A DNA stretch of 64,000 nt. Source: Mayamaea pseudoterrestris. Taxonomy: Eukaryota. The position numbers and the translations under genes are program-made. Position 1 is the first letter of the stretch. Every line of letters begins with the position of its first letter. The notes beneath the pieces are model-generated. The model was not told the DNA's origin. It saw only the letters and a program-made list of their open reading frames with translations, and did no database searches. Of this stretch, positions 13,048 to 25,370 are shown piece by piece. The stretch lies in assembly GCA_027923505.1 (NCBI GenBank), contig BROI01000010.1, positions 682,001 through 746,000 on the forward strand, in the 5' to 3' direction.

Positions 13048-15486
13048 TTATGTTTCATCACAATTCCGTAGGACTACTTGCTTCATCACCCTGTAAGGAG
13101 CCGTGCGATCCGTCCATAGTTCAAACTGGCCGATACCTTGTTCCCAAAGCATTTCCGAGCCTCGTACCACACGGCATCCGGCTGCCTTGGCTTGCAAGAC
13201 AAGCTTCGTGTTAAATGGCTTGTAATTTACGTCAAAAACGACTGGCAGAGCGTCTTTGGATTCCAACACCCAATCAGGTAAAACAAATTCTGCGGCCGCC
13301 GGTAGCGTACTTATTACAACGCAAAGAGCGCCACGCTTGCCTCCGTCGAGTATATTCCCAAGAGCGTTATCCATACTTGACTGCTCGTCGAGACTCGATA
13401 ATACCTGCCCGCCAAATGATGCTGCTAGATGGGTGGCTTTTGACGGTGTGCGGTTGTGAAATAAACATCTCAATCCCAGTTTCTTTACCACATACGCAGC
13501 TGCACGAGCAGTTCCACCAGCTCCTAAAATGAGTGCATAATCGCAGGAGCTGCGGACATTATTGCCAAGCAGTCTTTTTAACGGGTTGTAGATGCCCTTC
13601 CAATCCGTATTATCACCGTACAACACGCGCTGAAAGCCTTCGCCATCCTCAAATACCTCTCTTGTAAGTAGCGTGTTGACGCTACCAATCTCCTTGGCAG
13701 CATCACTCAAAATATCGACGTATGGCATGATGGCCTGCTTATGCGGAATCGTCACACTCGCGCCACCAAAATCGCCCGATTTAAAGAGATTGGAATTGAT
13801 AAATTCCTCGATGCTCTCTGTATCCACACGAATGTAATCGTGCGGAAGCTTCGTCGCGGCGAATGCTGCACCATGCATCTGTGGACTCACAGAGTACGCA
13901 ATCTTGTGTCCCACTATACAGTACTTTCTCGGTGTGAAAATCTTGGTTAAGATTCGAGTAGTCATTATTTCAGAAGACGTCATCTGCCCCGGAGCGGCCT
14001 TCATCGGAAGGGATTCGTGTGTAACAGGCGTGAATGGAAGATTGATCACTCGCGAGAATTTGCCAATGTCCCCGAGTATGAGTGAAATATGTGGAATTAT
14101 CGGTTTGCCGTCAGCCAATGCCAACGAGGAAGCAATTAAGGCCGCTTCATGTGCCATTCGATCCTGCCCTTCTCGATCAATCGACAGGACAACTTTTGCT
14201 CCATGGGCGCGTCCATCCAACGCGCATTGCTGAAATAACGTTACAGCGTCAGTGGTTGTAACAGAGCGGCCGACGACATGCTCGCTACCAAGAATTTGGC
14301 TCGCGTATCTTTCCCTGGCACAAAGTAGCAAAGAGTTTATTTCTTCCTTTACCCATGCACTCTCCACATCAAGAACTTCAACGCCAGCTCGAAGACCCCA
14401 GCGCAACAAACTAAACATTTTCGCAATGCCAGCGTCATCGTCCGGATACGTTCCAGCTTGATGTTTCGTCCGCACTGTGTAAACAATGGGCATGACATCC
14501 TCCAAAGCGCGCTCACCAAAGGGAAGAGCAGGCACGCGTACGCAGTGGGGACGACAATAGCGACGCAATAGTTGCATGCCATATATTAAATCAAATCTAT
14601 TGTCGCGGCAATCCAGTAGGTCCGCTCGATATTCCATGGCATCTACGTCCCTAGACATTTCCTCAACAAACGGTTCGACTTGTGTGATATTGGGAAAACT
14701 TAGTGACAGAAAGAATGTATGCTTTCCCATAGTGAGATGCGGCGAGTTTGCAGTTTGATTAAATGTTTCCCCTGGTATTGCGGGAATGAGGCGGGCGCGA
14801 GCAAGGAGGCGTTGAAATTCCCACTCGATGTGTTCCCACTGTTCATTACCCTCCAGACCTTCGTCTCGAATGCAAATTTCATAGTCAGAGTATTTGATAA
14901 GATGATTGTCTTCCAATTGAGCCTTTCGATGAGCGACAGCTTCCGGCATGTTACTGGATGCGCGGTCGACGTTGACGTAGACAGACAAAAGTCCACACTC
15001 ATAAAGACGTCGAGCCACGCTCAATTGGTGCTCCGTCGTTTTGTCGTCGTCAACGTCCAAGCCCGCTCCATTAAAGTCAACAAGTAAGATTTGAGGCCAT
15101 CTCAGAGAGAGTTCATTTATTTGTTTAATTAGATTGTCTTCGTTGGTGTCCATGTTGACTCGAAGAATGCGTTCGATGTTGTCCATCGCCCCACGTCGCG
15201 TATGAAAGGACGAAGCAAGTCGGCTCATCTCACTGCCGGCACCTGAAGCACCAATGAGAACAATTGGCTTATCATAGTCATAAAATATTTGTCGAACAAC
15301 TTGATCTTCGGTCACTGAGTTAGCAGATAGTTGTCGTCGCATTCTCGCGTGAGGAAAGATTGAGGTGGTTGATGGCATCATGATATGGAATCCTTGAATC
15401 GGTGATACCGGTATGAAGCATAGGGAAAAAGCAATAGAAAAAACATGCGCACTTCCACAGAAATAACTTATGGTTGATGTACGCAT
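13048..15486 (-). CDS. Plastid-targeted type I 3-dehydroquinate dehydratase / shikimate dehydrogenase
   Basis: [26 protein letters not shown] (DHQase I); [47 protein letters not shown] (SDH); N-terminal signal peptide. Confidence 0.9.
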   Translation of the reverse strand: MRTSTISYFCGSAHVFSIAFSLCFIPVSPIQGFHIMMPSTTSIFPHARMRRQLSANSVTEDQVVRQIFYDYDKPIVLIGASGAGSEMSRLASSFHTRRGAMDNIERILRVNMDTNEDNLIKQINELSLRWPQILLVDFNGAGLDVDDDKTTEHQLSVARRLYECGLLSVYVNVDRASSNMPEAVAHRKAQLEDNHLIKYSDYEICIRDEGLEGNEQWEHIEWEFQRLLARARLIPAIPGETFNQTANSPHLTMGKHTFFLSLSFPNITQVEPFVEEMSRDVDAMEYRADLLDCRDNRFDLIYGMQLLRRYCRPHCVRVPALPFGERALEDVMPIVYTVRTKHQAGTYPDDDAGIAKMFSLLRWGLRAGVEVLDVESAWVKEEINSLLLCARERYASQILGSEHVVGRSVTTTDAVTLFQQCALDGRAHGAKVVLSIDREGQDRMAHEAALIASSLALADGKPIIPHISLILGDIGKFSRVINLPFTPVTHESLPMKAAPGQMTSSEIMTTRILTKIFTPRKYCIVGHKIAYSVSPQMHGAAFAATKLPHDYIRVDTESIEEFINSNLFKSGDFGGASVTIPHKQAIMPYVDILSDAAKEIGSVNTLLTREVFEDGEGFQRVLYGDNTDWKGIYNPLKRLLGNNVRSSCDYALILGAGGTARAAAYVVKKLGLRCLFHNRTPSKATHLAASFGGQVLSSLDEQSSMDNALGNILDGGKRGALCVVISTLPAAAEFVLPDWVLESKDALPVVFDVNYKPFNTKLVLQAKAAGCRVVRGSEMLWEQGIGQFELWTDRTAPYRVMKQVVLRNCDET

Positions 15487-15805
15487 AGTAGGACTTTACT
15501 AAAATTCACCGGAGGCCTACCTAGACCGATGCCCATGGTGAATTGCGATTGATGTTTGTGGTTGCAGCGCTTTTGTCGCGATGTCGCACCAAGCAAAAGA
15601 TCGTCTTACCGTTACTCGGATTGCACTCACGTATGACTTACCGGTATTCTAAAATAATGGGTAATGAATTACGCTACCGGTACTTTGAGTGTCCGGATGC
15701 GCATTGCATTACAGTACATTACCGTACTATGCAACACCGTTTTTTATACAGCGCAATAGTGATACAATTAAACGGAGCGGTTAAAGGTAACTCGTCCCCC
15801 ATTTT

Positions 15806-18800
15806 TTACTCGAGCTGATTCAGACCTGCCTTGACCTTAGCATCCTGCTCTTCTAATTCTTTCAATTCGGCCTTAACCTTGTCAACAACATCTTGTGGGG
15901 CCTTGTCTACGAACCCTTTCGATTGCAATCGGCCGGCAAGCTTAACAATTTCCTTGCTAAGCTTCTCGCTTTGTTTTTCGAGTCGAGCTCGCTCCTTTAC
16001 AGGATCGATCAAATCTGAAAGTGGCAAATAGGCTTCAATCCCGTCCCGAACAACAAGCTGGACAGATTGCACGGCAATCGCCTCTTTACCTTCTTGTGAA
16101 CCAAATTCGTAGACATATACTTGGCCAGGATCGAGTCGCGCCAAGGCGACTAGAGATTTGGTCTCCGCCTGCAACATTTCGCGCAATGCCCCACTGGCGA
16201 CAATAATGGCACTAATGCGCTTTCCAGGCTCCACGTTATACTCGGACCTAGCATTTCGAATGCTTCGCGTTAGCGCCTGGAATGCTTCAAACTGATCGAC
16301 GGCGTAATCGCTGGTGACCAGTGGCCTGCCATCGTCCATTTGCGGCCAGTCGGCAAGCATCAATGCGTTAGCAGCCTTGTGCTTATCGGCGGCAGCCCGA
16401 GGAAGTTGATGCCATAGCTCCTCGGTAACGAAAGGCATGTATGGATGGAGTAGTCGCAAACTCGTGTCGAGAATATAAACTAAGATGCGACGCGCGTTTT
16501 GAGCTTCTTTGCCGCCTACACCTCCGGCGCCTTCGTATAACCGCGTTTTTGATATTTCGATGTACCAATCTGCGTATTGATCCCAAAGAAACTCGTACAC
16601 TTTGCTTCCAGCCGCGCCAAGCTGATAATTTTCAATGTCCTTCGTCACGCTCTTGACAACCGAATGGCATCTTGACACAATGTACTTTTCCGGAAGTGCT
16701 AGCGAATCAAACTCTTCCTCGGTGATGGGCCCTGACACGCCCAACGAAGCAAGTTCATCGCCAGAAATGTCCTTGAGCGCGTTCCCGGTGACAAATTTGC
16801 AACAATTCCAAAGCTTATTCGCGAAGTTGCGATTAGCTTCTATTTTTTCCATGTTCAATGGAATGTCTTGCCCCGGTGTGACACCAGTAACGAGAGAATA
16901 ACGCAAGCTATCAGCCCCATATTGTGCGACTGTATCGAGAGGATCGACTACGTTGCCTTTCGTTTTCGACATCTTGGTTCCATCTGCGGCGCGCACCAAT
17001 CCATGAAGATAAACGACTTGAAAAGGACTTTTGCCAGTAAGCTCCAGTCCCATCATGGCCATTCGTGCAACCCAAAAGAAAAGTATATCATATCCAGTTT
17101 CCAAGCAAGTGGCGGGGTAGAATCGGGCCAAGTCACTGTTTGGGTTCCCCTCGTCGGCGGGCCATCCAACGGTAGCAAATGGCCAGAGACCGGAACTAAA
17201 CCATGTATCCAGCACATCTTCATCCTGTCGAAGAATTACATCCGTCGAATGCCCGAGTTTTACTGCCTGTGACCGGGCGGCCTCCTCGCTGCGAGCGACG
17301 ATATACTCCGTCTCATCATCGCCGATGTAGTAAACTGGGATTCTTGAAGGAAGCGTAAAGTGAAACGATGTAACATGTGGATACGGCAAATGATTTGAGA
17401 AGACTGTTTGATGACAATTCCCCATCGGATGCATCAAATAATGATTTCGAAAACGCGCCTAACAACAACAAGGAACGAACCGACAGTATGACGTACCTGT
17501 GCCCCCATACCAGTTGACGCGACACGCACCAATCATGAATATCCGAAAGCCAGTTGTACCAAACCTTGTTAAATCGCTCGGGTACAATCTTGATATCGCC
17601 GTCTTCAACAGCTTTTAGCGCCTTGCTGCCCATGCCAGACGTCTTGACGAACCATTGACTACTGACGAGAGGTTCAATCACATCGCCGCCGCGTTGCGAT
17701 CTAGGAACTCTTTGCGAATGAGGATCCACTTTGATCGTCAAGCTTTCTTTTTCCATGTCAGCCCATATTTGTTCGCGGCAGGCAAATCGATCAAGATTGT
17801 TATAGTCACCAGCGTTGGCATTCATCGATCCATCCTTGTTCATAATGTTGATAATTGGCAAGTCATACTTCTTTCCCAGTGCATAATCGTTCGGATCGTG
17901 GCCAGGAGTAATCTTGAGCGCCCTGCAAAGAGGTGTAGAGCGTCAATCAAAAAGTGAACTCGATACGGGCGACAAAACATCTCGCGTTCATTGCACTCAC
18001 CCTGTTCCAAACGCCATATCAACATATTCGTCAGCAATGACCGGGACAGATCGACCCCCACTCATTGGCACCACAACCAGTTTGCCAATTAAGTGCCTGT
18101 AACGTTCATCATCGGGATGGACACAGACAGCAGTATCGCCAACAATGGTTTCGGGACGCGTTGTAGCGACAGGAATGAACTCTGCAAACGATTTACAGGA
18201 TAAACGAGTCAATCATAGTAGGAAGCCTAGCACATTCACATACGAGACATCCATCGCCCCCATATCATACCTTCCGAGCCTTCGACCATGTACTTGAAAA
18301 AGTACAGCAAGCCCTGCTCCTCTGAATATTCCACTTCTAGGTCGCTGACCGCCGTCTGGAGCATTGGTGCCCAGTTGACCATGTACTCGCCACGATACAC
18401 CAATCCCTTTTCATGCAACCGGCAAAAAGCTTCAACAACTGCCTCACTCAAATCTTCATCCATGGTAAACTTTTCACGTGACCAATCCGCCGACGCGCCG
18501 AGTGATCGAAGTTGTGAAGTAATGAACCCTCCTTGCTCCGCCTTGTATTGCCAGACTCGCTTCAAAAATTCCTCGCGACCAACTTGTTCGCGTGTCTTCC
18601 CTTCCTCCTTCAAAAGCTTTTCTACCTGTAGCTGCGTTGCAATGCCCGCGTGATCCGTGCCAGGCAGCCAAAGCACTGGCCGTCCTCGCATTCGATGAAA
18701 GCGCGCCAGCACATCTTGGAGTGCAACGAAAATGGCGTGACCCATGTGCAAACGACCCGTGACGTTGGGAGGCGGCATGGGTAAGACATATGGTTGGTTA

Positions 18801-19168
18801 TCTTTGGTGTTTGGTGCGCCCTTGGCGTCGGGCTGAAAGCAGCCAGAGGATTCCCACCACTTGTAAACGTTCGATTCAAACAGAGCTGGTTCATACTTGT
18901 CAAGCATCTTGCGCTGCTGATTGAGGATGTCGTATGGCTGCATCGGTTCTGTAGTTGCATCTGTGTCAGTTGTTGCAGACATCAAGCGTGAATGCAGAAT
19001 GCGACAATGCGATGCAGGCGATGTCAAGAAGCATCTTCGGACCCCAGCTACCGGTAGTCTGAGTCGAAAGGCCAAAGCTCGTCCGCTCATGGATATGCAT
19101 AGCCATGCAGTCATTATGCTAGTGCTTCTTTTATTAGTTTTGCGACTGTTCAAATGGTGACTCGGCAT
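15806..19168 (-). CDS. valS: Valyl-tRNA synthetase (organellar/bacterial type); introns 18182-18270, 17923-18000, 17343-17496
   Basis: [65 protein letters not shown]; the three GT-AG introns restore frame. Confidence 0.95.
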
Positions 19169-19291
19169 GTCGATGTCGAAATTAACGCAAAATTTGGATA
19201 GTCGTGACGGTGAAAAATCTCGTTTGAATTCAAGTTCCTATTATATGTTCACTCGATTTCCACACTTTCTAACGTGCTAAGCAGCGATGAA

Positions 19292-19308
19292 TCTCTCTCT
19301 CTCTCTCT
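19292..19308. repeat. (TC)n microsatellite
   Basis: tctctctctctctctct upstream of valS. Confidence 0.8.
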
Positions 19309-19577
19309 TGAGTTAATGAGACCTTGATCCGCTTCGACAAAGATGGATGGCTCGTCATGACTTCTTCTTGGTTCAAATTGCTTGGTACACGCGATTTTTA
19401 AATTGCGTCGTACCGGTACAGGTTTGCGACTCTCTACTGGAGCGTCCGGTAAAATGACTTTTCGTCACTAAATGTCATACTGGCACTCAAGTTTCCGTTG
19501 ACGTTACGAAGCTCCGTTGAAAGCCATGCCGGCGCGGCGCGCCAGCTCGCCCAGCTGTTTCAAAGTCAGCGATTTAC

Positions 19578-19692
19578 TACTTTCAGACAATGTCTGAAAG
19601 TATCTTTCTGATTCAGACAATGTCTGAAAGTATCTGGCTTAATCAGACATCGTCTGAAAGTGTCTTTTACTTTCAGACAGAATCTGAAAGTA
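19578..19692. repeat. Left subterminal array: 4 x 30-bp units with a TTCAGAC-N3-GTCTGAA palindrome
   Basis: Units start at 19581, 19611, 19641 and 19671 (e.g. tttcagacaatgtctgaaagtatctttctg). Confidence 0.95.
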
Positions 19693-20272
19693 GATTACTA
19701 TGACAAAAAGAGTACTATTTTGAGCAACTATAAATATCAATAGTCACTAAAGTCATTCTTCATGCGCAGCCATCGATGACGGTGAACTTGAGGCCGACGA
19801 CGCTCGTTGCCGTGCATACGCTTACAAGCACTACCACTGTCAACTCAAGCAATTGAAGGCCAATTCTATTGATTGCACCTTCAAAATAGACTAACTAATA
19901 TATGGCGATTGGATCTGTCAAGCTGGTTTGGTCGTAAGGGGCCTGTGTAGCTCGTTACGACACAATTTGTGATCATGGGGGCGCCAGTTCCGCTTCCTGC
20001 AGCCAACACATCGTCCTTTTCCTTGGTAATCATTACTATATTGCCAGGTTCCATGTGATTAAGCAAGCTTCTTGACAAGAATGACCATTTATAACATGTA
20101 TTGCAACAAGCTGTATGGCTAGTCAGTGCTTGTCGAAGGTGCCATGGTCGTCGTCGTCGAAAACTTGGTTGGCGGCAGTCATACCATCGAGACATTTAAC
20201 ATGAAACAGCTGCCTCCACGACCAATCATAAGCCATAAAAATATCATTGAGTTCGCTTTCAGAAGCAGGCAT

Positions 20273-20384
20273 AATCAGACAAAATCTGAAAGTATCTTTC
20301 ACTTTCAGACAGTGTCTGAAAGTATCTTTCTGATTCAGACAACGTCTGAAAGTATCTTTCTGATTCAGACAACGTCTGAAAGTA
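20273..20384. repeat. Right subterminal array: 4 x 30-bp units of the same palindromic repeat
   Basis: Units start at 20273, 20303, 20333 and 20363 (e.g. attcagacaacgtctgaaagtatctttctg). Confidence 0.95.
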
Positions 20385-20642
20385 AGTTTGACGATCCGTT
20401 GGCGCGCAAGCATAGCCTGGGTTTGCACGCGCGCATTTTCGCCAATCAAATCTTATCCACGACTAAAATTAGAAACGGTGCGACATTTTTCGGCGATGAT
20501 GACGTTTTACCGGACGCTCCTGCCATGGCGTTCATCATGTCATTTGAATTGAACTGATCAACAGCATTGGCACGACTAGCGGCCAAAAAGTTGAATTTGT
20601 CAACGTTATACTCTCCTTCCTTCTACAGTATAAACGTTGAGA

Positions 20643-22022
20643 ATGAACTTGCATCGAATAGCGCACAGTCAGCGACTCAGATCCTTGTGCGCCATTGCTA
20701 TACTCGCGAGACCCGTCGCCTCATTTCGCGTGACACCAACAACCATTCTTGGCCGCCGGCTATACTCTGCAGCTTCAACAATCGACGACGATCCGCTCAA
20801 GTGGGAGAGAATGTATCAACAAGGACCCGTGTTTAATAAATCTTTCGTTGGCGAGGATGCACCGCCAAAAGACTCGTCAAGTCAGATCCGCGTCGTAACG
20901 TTTGATCTTGACGACACGATTTGGAGAACCGGCGTCACAATATCCGCGGCCAATGACGCATTAGCCTCGCATCTCGAGACTTTGCAAATAAGACAACCGA
21001 AACGAGTAGAAATTGTAATGGGAGAGCTCTTTCAAGCCGACAGACTTCGGTATGCTCCAGTGCTAGGCGACGAAGCATCGTCGCCCGTCCTTTTGACGCT
21101 TCTACGGATGGACGCTATATCTTACGTAGCCACGGAATACAATGACTTCACCATGGAGGACGCTCGATTCCTTGCAGATAACGCATTTCAAATATGGAAC
21201 CAGGCCCGCCATGATGCGATTGCGTCGTCCTTGGCCGACTCGGTCGTTGATTGTTTACACGCCATTTCAGAGTTAAAGACACTCACAGGTGATCGTGTCA
21301 TTATTGGTGCCATTACGGACGGAAATTCGGATCCGCAACTGGTGGAACACGTTGGAAAATTCTTTGACTTTTGCATAAATGCTGAGACGGTTGGTGTCGG
21401 CAAACCTCATCCACACATATATAAGCGAGCAATTGATTGGGTGCGACAGTCTGCTTCGTTTGCGAGCGACATTGACGCGCTCATTGATCCAGATACATTC
21501 ACGGTTGGCCCATGGTGGGTCCACATTGGCGATGACTTTGTCAAAGACATTGTAGCAGCAAAAGACTTTCGAATGCGTTCGATATGGTCGAGAGAATTGG
21601 TGTTGCACAAGCTTCTAGTTGCCAAGAATAGTGATGCGCCACATTTAGCAGAGCCCATCAAGTCCGTCAATGAGCTTGACGAAAAGATATCGTTGCAAGC
21701 GCCGGTTGTCAAGATGCAAATTGGATCGGGTGACTATTTGACGGAGACTATGCAAAAGGAATTTGCCGATCGTATCGTTGACAACTTTGTCGACATAGTG
21801 CGGGTTTTGACTGAATGGCACGAGGAAGGCATAGCTACTAGTACAAGTACGACTCCAGATGCAGATGCTGGCTTGGGGCTGCAAATTAATGATGCTCTAA
21901 CAACGCCTGCCTCCGAAATGCAGGCCGATACACCTGCCACCGAAATTAAGTTTTGCACCGTGTGCGGGCAAAAGTTGTTGAGCCATGCGAAATTCTGTTC
22001 ATCCTGCGGCGCGCCTTGCTAG
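20643..22022 (+). CDS. HAD-superfamily hydrolase with C-terminal zinc ribbon, probably organelle-targeted
   Basis: FDLDDTIW (motif I), AITDGNS (II), GKP (III), HIGDDFVKDIVAA (IV); C-terminal FCTVCG...KFCSSCG. Confidence 0.85.
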   Translation: MNLHRIAHSQRLRSLCAIAILARPVASFRVTPTTILGRRLYSAASTIDDDPLKWERMYQQGPVFNKSFVGEDAPPKDSSSQIRVVTFDLDDTIWRTGVTISAANDALASHLETLQIRQPKRVEIVMGELFQADRLRYAPVLGDEASSPVLLTLLRMDAISYVATEYNDFTMEDARFLADNAFQIWNQARHDAIASSLADSVVDCLHAISELKTLTGDRVIIGAITDGNSDPQLVEHVGKFFDFCINAETVGVGKPHPHIYKRAIDWVRQSASFASDIDALIDPDTFTVGPWWVHIGDDFVKDIVAAKDFRMRSIWSRELVLHKLLVAKNSDAPHLAEPIKSVNELDEKISLQAPVVKMQIGSGDYLTETMQKEFADRIVDNFVDIVRVLTEWHEEGIATSTSTTPDADAGLGLQINDALTTPASEMQADTPATEIKFCTVCGQKLLSHAKFCSSCGAPC

Positions 22023-22072
22023 CTGACATATCAATAATACGGCGTGTAATAAAACAAGCAAAGATAGCGATG

Positions 22073-24884
22073 TTATAATTGAACTCTATTTAAAGCCTTG
22101 AGTGCTCGCTGTGCTTCATTCAATCCTTCCACGTCCCTCGCCGTTCGACTTTTCTTGAACAGCTTTATAGAGTCCTCTAAAGCTCTCTCGGCATTGACAG
22201 GATCATCAGTTGCCAGAAGAACCTTTCCAAAAGTTAGTAGCGTACAAGCCGTCTCGTATTTCTCATCGCTGGCGTCTCGGTTGTAGGCTTTTAGAAGCTT
22301 GAGTAGAGCCTTGCGCGCTGCCATGAGCTTCGTCAATGATTCGATTGCCTGATTAAGTTCTTCGCAGTCGACAAGCTTCGCCGATTCTCTTTCCAGGCTT
22401 TCTATATCGCCCGAGATTCTCTGATGTTCAGCTCGTGGAAATCGTAATTGCTTGCAGGAGCGCTGACTACCGGGGTTTGAAGTATACAACTCGTCCTTGT
22501 CCGACTTATGCTCGTCGACGTGTTGTTCGGCAAGCTTTGACGTCTCGGCTAATTGTTTTCTTATCATTGATCTGATCGCATGGGTTTCTGGAAGACCTTA
22601 TTTGACAAGAAAGGAAAACAAAACATTCAGATTGGACTCCAAGAAATAAATCGAGATGACCTATTAACAACCTACCATGAGCTTCACAGTACGTCATGGC
22701 GTCCTCAAAAACTGCCCTGGCAGCTTCATATTCTCCCTTGGCCATGTGGACATTCCCTAATCCACGTAGGCACATCGCGCAATGCACCATATTTAAGCGC
22801 TTCTCAGCCCGATGTGCGTCGCTGAACAGCCGCAATTGCATTGACTCGCTGTATAAATTCAGCGCTTCTTCGAAGTCTCCAATCGTCTCGCGCACTTCAG
22901 CAATACAATATAGAGTGTGCGCCAACTGATCTTGACGCTCCGGGAGTACCCGTGACGGTCGACCAGGATGCGCCGCCTGGATAACGTGGCATCGATGCAA
23001 GGCCAGTGCTTCCCCATATACATTCAGCGCCTCGATATGCTTTCCACAATACATGTACGACTTCCCCAGTCGTCGCAAGGTGTCAGCAAAACCTTCCTCG
23101 TCTATCATGTCCCCAAATTGCTGAGATGATGCCCCGGATGTAATCTCCCTCTCCTTATTGGCTTCTCGCTGCATATCAACTGACCTCGAAAACGACGCCG
23201 CAGCCTTTTCATAATCCTTCAATGACGAGTAGCATTCTCCAAGGTTGCGATGAATTTGCGCCGCAATTTCAACAAATTCCCTCTCTTCTAGCATGGCGCA
23301 AGCCTCCAATGCATCATTCAGTAATACCATGGCTTCCATGTACTTTTTATGTCGAATCTCCAGCACAGCCATTTCGTTCAGCGTTGAACCAACCAAAGAT
23401 AATTGCTTTGCTCCGCGAAAAATGGCTATTGCACTATTGTAGTAGTCAATCGCCCTTCGTTCATCGGCTGCTGCATAAATGCGCGCTGCCTGTAGCAAGG
23501 TGTCGCCCGTGGTAGGATGCTGATCTCCCAGTACGCTCACAGCAATGTCCATGGCTTCTTGGATAAACTCACGCGAGGACTCTATTAAGCCGCGCTCAAG
23601 AGCTAGAGTCGCCAGTAAGCAGAGTGTATCGGCAATTTGAGGATGTTTTGGCCCCAGCACGCGTGTTTCAATCGTTAAAGCCTTTTGCACCTTAAGTGTT
23701 GTAGTTGTGAGTAAATCTTGTCGCTGTTTCAAATCTTGTTCTGCGTCAATATGTTTGCGCATCATGACAATTTGCTCATGCATGGCCTTGCGGTCGTCAA
23801 ACGATGCTTGCGACGCCTTCATTGTTTCGAGCAAATGACTCATTTCCTTTATCTGCTCCTTAGTTTCCTGCAATCGCTCTGGATACTTTTTATTTCGTTT
23901 ACTAAGAAAATGCAAGTGTCGTTCTAAAACGTCTCTACCTTCTTTGCCACAAGCAAGGGCCGTTGAGTAGTCGCCGCATCGCTCGCACATGATTGCCATT
24001 TTCGTACGAATTTCGCAGATACACTTTCCCACGTCCAGCCAGTCTTCGTGTAATCGCGAATGGATTGATTGAATTGTCGTTGGGTGCTTGTCATTGACTT
24101 GCTTCAGCTGCAATTTAATCTTGGCAGTCTCTGACCGTGTCAACTTCAATGCAATGCGATACTGCGTAAAGGCAGCCTCGTCGTTGCCATGCGCCGCATG
24201 GTCATCAGCGCGAGCAATCCAAAGAGAAATGCGATCGCGCACCGTTGCGGGTTGTGGTTGCGACAATTTGTGACTTGGATGATGGTTGTGGCGAAAATGA
24301 TCAGATGCATGAGAGGAGGATCCATTTGTTTCTGCCCCAGTCAAAGCTGTTTTTGGACTAATGATGCTCGACGTGAATAATTGAAGTTTGTCTTTGGACT
24401 TTGCTGGAATTACCAATTCCTTGGGAGACGTCGCAGACTCCCTCATTGACTGTGAGTTACTAATCGCACGAGGAGGACTGAGGCTATTTGGATCTATCTG
24501 TTCCTCGTCAAAGGAACTATCCACCTCGCTCGAGTCACTCTCATCCAGTGTCGGTAACCGGTTCGCTCCATATTGGCGGTTGCGTCGACCGGTCATTTTA
24601 GTACTTGGTCGAAAAATGTGATTAATACTTGAAGCCGCATCAGCAGCTTCATCCGCGACAAGAGATGCGGATAACGACGGAGCATTTGCATATTCCGGTG
24701 ATTGTTCCATGGCCTCGGCGCTAACCTGTTTCGTCTTCTTCTTCATAGATAAAATTCCTTGGAACCTTCCGGTAGACGATTTGCTGTCGGTAGAGCAAGG
24801 CTCAGCGTCGACGATTGTATAGTCCAGCTGACTCCCGTTGCTGCTGCAACCGGTAGTACTTCTCGCTACCGCTATGCTTTCCAT
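22073..24884 (-). CDS. TPR-repeat protein (kinesin-light-chain/nephrocystin-3-like repeats); intron approx. 22597-22675
   Basis: Repeats LGPKHPQIADTL, LGDQHPTTGDTL; GTAGG...AAG intron gives EAH-G-LPETHAIRSMIRKQ and joins ORF 22073..22567. Confidence 0.75.
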
Positions 24885-25087
24885 TCCGAGAATTGACCGT
24901 GCTCACCCCACTAAAACCAAAAAGGGGAGCCAAACTTGCTCTTCGAGCGTCGAATCACTCGAGTGATAAGACAAGACCAAGTGTGATGGCCTCGCGCTCC
25001 TCATGGTCGGTTCGACTCGGACACAGTGCGGCGCAACGCGCAAGCCGGCTCATGGAACGCTTCAGGGTCAACAATTTTCACCTGTTT

Positions 25088-25251
25088 TCAATTACGTCAT
25101 AAGGCAATATTGCGAAACGAGTGCCAGTGTCAATTACGTCACAAGGCAATATTGTGAAACGAGTGCCAGTGTCAATTACGTCACAAGGCTATATTGTGAA
25201 ACGAGTGCCAGTGTCAATTACGTCACAATGTGCAATAGAGAAACGAGTGCC
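25088..25251. repeat. 42-bp tandem minisatellite, ~4 copies
   Basis: tcaattacgtcacaaggcaatattgtgaaacgagtgccagtg units at 25088, 25130, 25172 and 25214 (last one diverged). Confidence 0.95.
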
Positions 25252-25370
25252 TGCAACTCGTCGAAACAAAGCCACTCGACATGGGCTCATTTCCACGAAC
25301 CATTTTGTGCCGCTTTCATCGTTTATCTCAAGTTAATTGACGGCCCAATCAAGCATCTATTCGTCCCCTT

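Larger units (their letters stand above)
19440..20519. mobile_element. Non-autonomous DNA transposon (MITE-like, PIF/Harbinger-type), 1080 bp
   Basis: Perfect 15-bp TIRs GAGCGTCCGGTAAAA (19440-19454) and TTTTACCGGACGCTC (20505-20519), extending imperfectly to ~42 bp; CTG direct repeat on both flanks (19437-19439, 20520-20522); subterminal repeat arrays; no transposase ORF. Confidence 0.85.

Noticed and set aside
19578..20384. Palindromic repeats as a CRISPR array
   Set aside because: The inter-palindrome segments are ~10 bp and similar to each other, there are no cas genes, the context is eukaryotic, and TIR/TSD explain them as transposon subterminal repeats
20123..20557. ORFs 20123..20449 (-) and 20126..20557 (+) as genes
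   Set aside because: They are translations of the 30-bp repeat within the mobile element
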